DNA of 57,133 nt, taken from contig CANNIS010000001.1 of the NCBI GenBank assembly GCA_947505035.1, forward strand, positions 1-57,133. The letters run 5' to 3'. The stretch's first letter is position 1. Each line of letters starts with the position of its first letter. Under the pieces are notes generated by a model that saw nothing but the letters and a program-made list of their open reading frames with translations, was not told where the DNA came from and made no database searches. Below are positions 49,728 through 57,133 of this stretch, piece after piece. The position numbers were made by a program, and so were the translations under genes. The DNA comes from Sphingobacteriales bacterium. Lineage in GTDB: Bacteria > Bacteroidota > Bacteroidia > Sphingobacteriales > Sphingobacteriaceae.

Positions 49728-50555
49728 TTATAAAGATTTTATTTCGAGGTGTTTTGATTGAATGGCTTGGCCATAAAACACTGTTGCATGTTGATTGAAA
49801 TTTTCCACATCGTCTGTGGTGTAAAATTCGATATGTGTATTTTTTACACAATGTGATTCCATTTCTGGATGCCTGTTTAAATAGTCTAGAAGGCTCTCTG
49901 CCACGATAGGCCCTTGCGGTAATATGTTGATATGCTTTGGCGTAAGTTCTCTTATAATAGGCATTAATAATGGGTAATGCGTGCATGCCAGTAGAATGGT
50001 ATCTATCTGATCAGATTTTTTTAATAAAGCTTGTATATCTTGCTGAATAAAATACTTTGCCCCTTCATTTAAATAAGTATTGTTTTCGATCAATGGCACC
50101 CACATTGGACATGCATGTTGTATCACATTTATATGTGGATGAAAGCGATTGATTTCTAAAACATAAGATTCGGAAGCAATGGTTCCATTGGTTCCTAAAA
50201 TACCAACGGTATTTGTTTTTGTATAGTCTGCAATTATTTCGGCGGTAGGTCTAATAATACCTAAAACGCGTTTATCTGGAAATAATTTTGGTAAATCTTT
50301 TTGTTGAATGGTTCTAAGGGCCCTTGCAGATGAAGTATTACAGGCAATAATTACCAAAGGGCAGCCCATTTCGAATAATTGGCTTACACATGCAAGGGTA
50401 TAATGATAAATAGTTTCAAAAGATCGGGTGCCATAGGGCGCGCGTGCATTATCACCTAAATAGATAAAATCGTATTGTGGTAATTTGGCCGTAATTTCTT
50501 TTAATACCGTCAAACCACCATAACCCGAATCAAATACCCCTATTGGACCTGTCAT
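49728..50555 (-). CDS. murI: Glutamate racemase
   Basis: FDSGYGGLT and the catalytic Cys motifs ACNTSS and ACTHYP. Confidence 0.92.
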   Translation of the reverse strand: MTGPIGVFDSGYGGLTVLKEITAKLPQYDFIYLGDNARAPYGTRSFETIYHYTLACVSQLFEMGCPLVIIACNTSSARALRTIQQKDLPKLFPDKRVLGIIRPTAEIIADYTKTNTVGILGTNGTIASESYVLEINRFHPHINVIQHACPMWVPLIENNTYLNEGAKYFIQQDIQALLKKSDQIDTILLACTHYPLLMPIIRELTPKHINILPQGPIVAESLLDYLNRHPEMESHCVKNTHIEFYTTDDVENFNQHATVFYGQAIQSKHLEIKSL

Positions 50556-50566
50556 TTTTTGCTAAA

Positions 50567-51442
50567 TTAATATTTGGCTATGGCCTCTTTTATTTTTTTA
50601 TAAACCGAATCGTTTACATTGGCAAGTGGTAAACGCACATAATCTTCGCAAATACCTTTGATTTTTAAAGCGGCTTTAATTCCACCTGGGCTACCATCTA
50701 CAAAAAGTAAATTAATAATATCGGTTAATTTAAAATGCAGCTTTCTTGCTTTTTCAAAATCACCTTTAAGCGCAAGGCGAACCATTTGCGCATAATCTTT
50801 AGGCCAAGCATTGGCTACAACAGAAATTACGCCATTCGCGCCTAAAGCAATCAGGGGAAGGGTAAGGGCATCGTCACCAGAGATAACCATAAACTCTTTG
50901 GGCTTATGTTTAAGAATGCTCATCATTTGGTCCATATTTCCAGAGGCCTCTTTAATGCCTGCAATATTTTTTTCTTTAGCTAATCGCAAAGTAGTTTCGA
51001 CGCTCATGTTTGTGCCCGTTCTGCCAGGTACATTATATAAAATAATTGGAAGCGGCGCATTTTTAGCTACCATTTGATAATGTTTAACAATGCCTTCTTG
51101 ATTGGGCTTGTTGTAATAGGGTGCAACCGATAAAATAGCGGTGTATCCTTTTTTATCAAAAGATTTTAAGTTCTCTATTACTTCTAAAGTGTTATTGCCA
51201 CCAATGCCCGCCACTAAAGGCACCCTACCTGCAACAGTTTGCGCAGTAAATTCAAAAATTGTTTTTTTCTCTTCTTTAGATAGTGCAACAGATTCGCCGG
51301 TAGTACCCATAGGCACTAGGTAATCTACTTTATTTGTAATTAAGCTATTAATGAGTTTTTTATAGCTTTTAAAATCGATACTGCCATCTTTATGAAATGG
51401 CGTAACCATGGCCACACCGGCACCTATTAATTTTGAAATCAT
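50567..51442 (-). CDS. dapA: 4-hydroxy-tetrahydrodipicolinate synthase
   Basis: GTTGES, YNVPGRTG, Schiff-base Lys in GIKEASG. Confidence 0.95.
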   Translation of the reverse strand: MISKLIGAGVAMVTPFHKDGSIDFKSYKKLINSLITNKVDYLVPMGTTGESVALSKEEKKTIFEFTAQTVAGRVPLVAGIGGNNTLEVIENLKSFDKKGYTAILSVAPYYNKPNQEGIVKHYQMVAKNAPLPIILYNVPGRTGTNMSVETTLRLAKEKNIAGIKEASGNMDQMMSILKHKPKEFMVISGDDALTLPLIALGANGVISVVANAWPKDYAQMVRLALKGDFEKARKLHFKLTDIINLLFVDGSPGGIKAALKIKGICEDYVRLPLANVNDSVYKKIKEAIAKY

Positions 51443-51987
51443 TTTTTTAGTTGTTGAAGGTAATGGTTTAATTGATCTATGAAAGTTTGCATTTGATCGC
51501 CTTTGTCGTCTATCATAAAGTCGAAGGCGGCAATGGCATTGGTGTTGAATTTTCCAATTCGCAATTTTGCTCTTGATAAAGAAGAGATATAATTTAAACT
51601 AAATTGATTGCTATAATTTAAACTAATCAGCATGTCAAAATTTTGTTTGTAAAAACTTTTAATGGCAGTCAGTTTTGGTCTATGAAAAAAATCAAAATCG
51701 TTGGTAAAAATATAATTTGGATTGATGCTTGTATCCTTATGGGTTTTCTTATAATCTTTGATATCAATTAAGCCAATATAACTTACTTGTTTACCTTTTT
51801 TTTCTAAATCTTGAATATATTGATGCGCCGTATCGATATCACTTTGCGCGTGTGCCACAAACAAAACACCAATGGTATGGGCATCGCTAAACATCACTGT
51901 TTGGCGGGGCACAAGCCTATTAAGCAAATTACGCTTTAGCGTTCTGCGTGCAAAAAAATGACTGATTTGGCGATATAGTTTTTTCAT
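51439..51987 (-). CDS. Hypothetical soluble protein (182 aa) embedded in a ligA-dapA-murI gene string
   Basis: Intact ORF, 6 nt after ligA, with a 4-nt overlap with dapA. No TM helices and no motif I recognise. Confidence 0.6.
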   Translation of the reverse strand: MKKLYRQISHFFARRTLKRNLLNRLVPRQTVMFSDAHTIGVLFVAHAQSDIDTAHQYIQDLEKKGKQVSYIGLIDIKDYKKTHKDTSINPNYIFTNDFDFFHRPKLTAIKSFYKQNFDMLISLNYSNQFSLNYISSLSRAKLRIGKFNTNAIAAFDFMIDDKGDQMQTFIDQLNHYLQQLKK

Positions 51988-51993
51988 GTGCTC

Positions 51994-54039
<2,046 letters not shown>

Positions 54040-54056
54040 CTAGCATTTTTTAACAA

Positions 54057-55154
54057 TTAAATTGTATTAAAAATGGCCATTTTAATCGAAAAAATATTCG
54101 AATATTGAACATCCGACACATTACCAATATTGGTAAGGGCATAGTCGATGTTCAAGTTTTTGATTTTGATGCCAATTCCCATATTTGGCTGTATGCTAAG
54201 GTATTTTTTACTTTCAAAATCGACCGATTTTTGAATGTTTCCGATTCCCATTCTCAGGAATATATTTTTTTGATAGGCAATTTCTAAGCCTGCATGAGGG
54301 TCGATGCTTAGCGCAGAACGGTCATTGCTAATCAAACTGTTGCGAGGGCCATCGGTACTCATATCAAAATCTATTTCGCCAATCACACTTATTTTTTTCG
54401 AAAATTGTTTTTGATAACTAGCCGCAAGTAATAGTTTGGGGTTGGTAATTTCTAAAGCATTTGATGGAATTTCGTTTCCAGTTTGGGTTAATAAATCTTT
54501 AGTAGTTTGATCAATTTTATAAGTCCAAGCATTAAAAGTGGTGCTTGCATCTCGGATAACTGCTGCTAATTTTAAATTTTCTTTTTGATACAACAAAGCC
54601 GCATCTAAGCCAAAGCCCCAAGAGTTAGCAAAGCTGCCAATTTTTCGGTGTACAATTTTTACATTACCACCAATTTGAAATGGTTTGTCTTTTATTTTTT
54701 TAGCGTAAGAGCCAATAATAGCGTAGTCTGCAGCAGAGAAGCTGGTTACCCGATCGTAATTAATATTACCACCTGCATCAATTAGCGCAGTGGTATTTGG
54801 AATATCATCTACCCCAAAACGAATAATTGAAATAGCGGCAGAACTTTGCGCATCAATTTTTTTAGCAAAACCTGCATAATCGTATTTGGCAATGCCTGCA
54901 AAAAAATTAGCGTGCATAATGGCAAAATCTAAATTAGCTTCGTTGCTATTTAATGCGGCAGGATTCCAATAGCCAGCCGTAACATCGTTGGTAGAGGCAA
55001 TTACCGAATTAGACATGGCTAATGCGCGAGCGCCTACACCAATGGCTAAAAATTCGTTACTGTATTTTCTGCTTTGGCCATGGCTGCTAAAATTCGCAAA
55101 GCACAAGGCAAGCAAAAGGGTATATGTTGAGTAGATGAGGGTCTTTTGTATCAA
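54057..55154 (-). CDS. PorV/PorQ-family outer-membrane beta-barrel (T9SS-associated), TTG start
   Basis: Signal peptide, GVGARALAMSNSVIAS..DVTAGYWNPAAL N-terminal motif, alternating beta-strand pattern, and a C-terminal aromatic-rich strand. Confidence 0.55.
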   Translation of the reverse strand: MIQKTLIYSTYTLLLALCFANFSSHGQSRKYSNEFLAIGVGARALAMSNSVIASTNDVTAGYWNPAALNSNEANLDFAIMHANFFAGIAKYDYAGFAKKIDAQSSAAISIIRFGVDDIPNTTALIDAGGNINYDRVTSFSAADYAIIGSYAKKIKDKPFQIGGNVKIVHRKIGSFANSWGFGLDAALLYQKENLKLAAVIRDASTTFNAWTYKIDQTTKDLLTQTGNEIPSNALEITNPKLLLAASYQKQFSKKISVIGEIDFDMSTDGPRNSLISNDRSALSIDPHAGLEIAYQKNIFLRMGIGNIQKSVDFESKKYLSIQPNMGIGIKIKNLNIDYALTNIGNVSDVQYSNIFSIKMAIFNTI

Positions 55155-55208
55155 GGGTATGCGGTTTTATGCTGTTTAACGCTTAAATATAGCTTTCATT
55201 GCCAAGGG

Positions 55209-55241
55209 TTTGACAAAAATAATCGAAAATCCCTATCTTTG
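55209..55241 (+). promoter_or_regulatory. Candidate Bacteroidota promoter for tyrS: -33 TTTG, 21 nt, then -7 TATCTTTG
   Basis: Matches the TTTG/TAnnTTTG consensus geometry; the -7 box ends 24 nt before the ATG. Confidence 0.4.
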
Positions 55242-55265
55242 ATATCAAATTTAAGGAAATAACCA

Positions 55266-56558
55266 ATGAATACGAATTTTGTAGCGGAGTTAAAATGGAG
55301 AGGAATGTTGCACGATATTATGCCTGGCACAGAAGAGAAGCTCAGCGAAGGCATGATCAGTGGTTATATTGGTTTCGATCCAACGGCAGATTCCTTACAT
55401 GTTGGACATTTGGTCCAAATTATGACCTTAATTCATTTTCAAAAAGCAGGACATAAACCCTATGCTTTGGTGGGCGGTGCAACCGGTATGGTTGGCGATC
55501 CTTCTGGAAAATCACAAGAAAGAAATTTATTATCCGAGCAAGCGCTCAACCATAATGTGTCTTGCATTGCAGCACAATTAGCAAAATTTTTAGATTTTGG
55601 TTCGGCAGCCAATGCGGCGGTTATGGTTAATAATTACGATTGGTTTAAAGACTTTTCGTTTTTAAATTTTATCCGCGATGTGGGCAAACACATTACGGTT
55701 AATTACATGATGGCAAAAGATTCTGTGAAGAAAAGATTAGAAGGCGAAACGGGTATGTCTTTTACCGAATTTAGTTATCAATTAGTTCAGGGATACGATT
55801 TTTATTATTTATGGAAAAACCACCAATGCCTAGTGCAAATGGGTGGTTCGGACCAATGGGGAAATATTGTTACGGGTACCGAATTCATTAGAAGAAAAGA
55901 TTCGGGCACTGCATTTGCGCTAACTACCCAATTAATTAAAAAAGCAGATGGTACCAAATTTGGAAAATCGGAAGGTGGAAATATTTGGCTAGATCCTGCA
56001 CAAACATCGGCGTATAAATTTTATCAATTTTGGTTAAACACTTCAGACGAAGATGCTAAATCTTATATCAGAATATTTACCTTATTAAACCAAGAAGCAA
56101 TATTAGCTTTAGAGCAAGAACAAATTGCGGCGCCGCATTTGCGCGCTTTACAAAAAGCCTTGGCCAACGATATTACCATTAGGGTGCATGGCGAAGAAGC
56201 TTTGCAAACAGCTATTAATACTTCCGAGTTTTTATTTGGAAATGGTTCATTGGCCTTTTTACAAGGGCAGTCTGCAGCGCAGGTATTATTGGTGTTTGAA
56301 GGCTTGCCTCATTTTACTTTGCCTAAACAAATGCTATCAGCGGGTATTCCAATTATAGAATTATTAGCCAGCCATACGAGCATTTTTCCTTCTAAAGCAG
56401 AAGCTAAAAAAATGTTACAAGGTGGTGGCGTTGCTATTAACAAAGAAAAAATTGAATCGGAAGAAATGTTGGTATGTAGCGAACATTTAATCAACAACGA
56501 ATTTATAGTGATTCAAAAAGGAAAGAAAAATTATTTTTTAATTCAACTAATCGACTAA
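55266..56558 (+). CDS. tyrS: Tyrosine--tRNA ligase
   Basis: HIGH-type HVGH, KMSKS-type KFGKS, C-terminal S4-like domain. Confidence 0.95.
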   Translation: MNTNFVAELKWRGMLHDIMPGTEEKLSEGMISGYIGFDPTADSLHVGHLVQIMTLIHFQKAGHKPYALVGGATGMVGDPSGKSQERNLLSEQALNHNVSCIAAQLAKFLDFGSAANAAVMVNNYDWFKDFSFLNFIRDVGKHITVNYMMAKDSVKKRLEGETGMSFTEFSYQLVQGYDFYYLWKNHQCLVQMGGSDQWGNIVTGTEFIRRKDSGTAFALTTQLIKKADGTKFGKSEGGNIWLDPAQTSAYKFYQFWLNTSDEDAKSYIRIFTLLNQEAILALEQEQIAAPHLRALQKALANDITIRVHGEEALQTAINTSEFLFGNGSLAFLQGQSAAQVLLVFEGLPHFTLPKQMLSAGIPIIELLASHTSIFPSKAEAKKMLQGGGVAINKEKIESEEMLVCSEHLINNEFIVIQKGKKNYFLIQLID

Positions 56559-57133
56559 TAAATTGCAGCCTCTAAGCGCTGCATCATCAAACCTGCCTAA
56601 AATTTCGAATTGATTATTGGCATGCAATTTTCCTAAATCTTGCGTGGCTATAAATGAGCAGGAGTTAATGTTTGCAAGGTCGATAATATTTACGCCACCG
56701 GTTCTTCCTGTTTCGGCTAAAGTAAAAGGATCGTTGGTTTCTCTAATTAATATTCGCATCCAGGCTGGGCATTCAAAAATACCATCACCTTTAGAATAAG
56801 CTTGCGAAAGTAATTCGGTCATGCCATATTCGGAATGAATTTTTGAAAGACCAAATGCATTGCTTAAAATTTCATGCACTTCTGCTCGTAGCATTTCTTT
56901 TCTTTTCCCTTTCATGCCACCGGTTTCCATCATAATGGTATGGTCCATTTTAAAAGGAATTTGCTCGGAAAAGTCTAGCAGGGCGTAGGTTACACCAATC
57001 AGTAATATTTTTTTATTACTTGAATTTTCCTGAATGATTTTTTTGATTTGCGCAAATTCGTTTAAATAAAATCCGCTGCCGTTTTGTTTGGTCTGCTCAA
57101 TGATGTCTTCGCACATATAAATAAGCGAAGAAC
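56547..57133 (-). CDS. LuxE-like acyl-protein synthetase/adenylate-forming family protein (5' end outside the window)
   Basis: The reading frame stays open past the track's Met to the window edge. Motifs METGGMKG, SEYGMTEL and RGCN resemble the LuxE/PaaK-like family. Confidence 0.65.
   Translation of the reverse strand, partial: SSLIYMCEDIIEQTKQNGSGFYLNEFAQIKKIIQENSSNKKILLIGVTYALLDFSEQIPFKMDHTIMMETGGMKGKRKEMLRAEVHEILSNAFGLSKIHSEYGMTELLSQAYSKGDGIFECPAWMRILIRETNDPFTLAETGRTGGVNIIDLANINSCSFIATQDLGKLHANNQFEILGRFDDAALRGCNLLVD

Noticed and set aside
49669-49986. 105-aa minus-strand ORF overlapping the 3' part of murI in another frame
   Set aside because: The murI frame carries all the racemase motifs. 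The alternative frame runs through the terminator hairpin and has no recognisable features.

Overview
57.1-kb chromosomal segment of a low-GC, Bacteroidota-type genome. That assignment is inferred from a T9SS C-terminal sorting domain, a PorV/PorQ-like barrel, TAnnTTTG-type -7 boxes, near-absence of Shine-Dalgarno sequences, a dcw cluster without murF/ddl, and a 60-aa histone-H1-like protein. All family calls come from reading motifs in the supplied translations; no database search was possible. The window holds about 60 densely packed protein genes and 2 tRNAs (Glu-UUC, Arg-ACG). I saw no rRNA, CRISPR array, transposase, integrase or obvious pseudogene. Most of it is core housekeeping: korAB, purT, gap-pgk plus a second gap, obg, adk, mdh, gyrB, a complete mraZ-to-ftsZ dcw cluster, murI, dapA, ligA and tyrS. 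The accessory or unusual content is as follows. (1) A compact clade-II-type nitrous-oxide reductase cluster (cyt c-nosZ-nosB/L-nosD-nosF-nosY). It has an in-frame membrane-domain/NosL fusion carrying an internal lipoprotein signal, an intra-operon hairpin after nosZ, and an FNR/CRP-like palindrome upstream. (2) A Crp/Fnr-headed run of five consecutive cysteine-motif proteins: a 2-TM CxxxxC miniprotein, an HMA protein, a rhodanese, and an exported rhodanese-thioredoxin fusion. This looks like an uncharacterised thiol, persulfide or metal relay. (3) A bestrophin-like channel translationally coupled to a beta-carbonic anhydrase, with a divergent TetR gene and a palindromic operator. (4) A 12-TM His-motif protein plus a fasciclin lipoprotein, convergent on the nos operon. 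(5) MraZ-box triple repeats and unexplained ~24-nt repeats in the dcw leader, and an FtsZ with a ~330-aa acidic repeat linker. (6) A stand-alone alpha-oxoamine synthase (sphingolipid/sulfonolipid candidate) and an untracked 34-aa Lys-rich ORF. I found no convincing defence, mobile or clearly novel multi-gene system. The Cys-motif cluster and the NosB-NosL fusion are the best candidates for follow-up.
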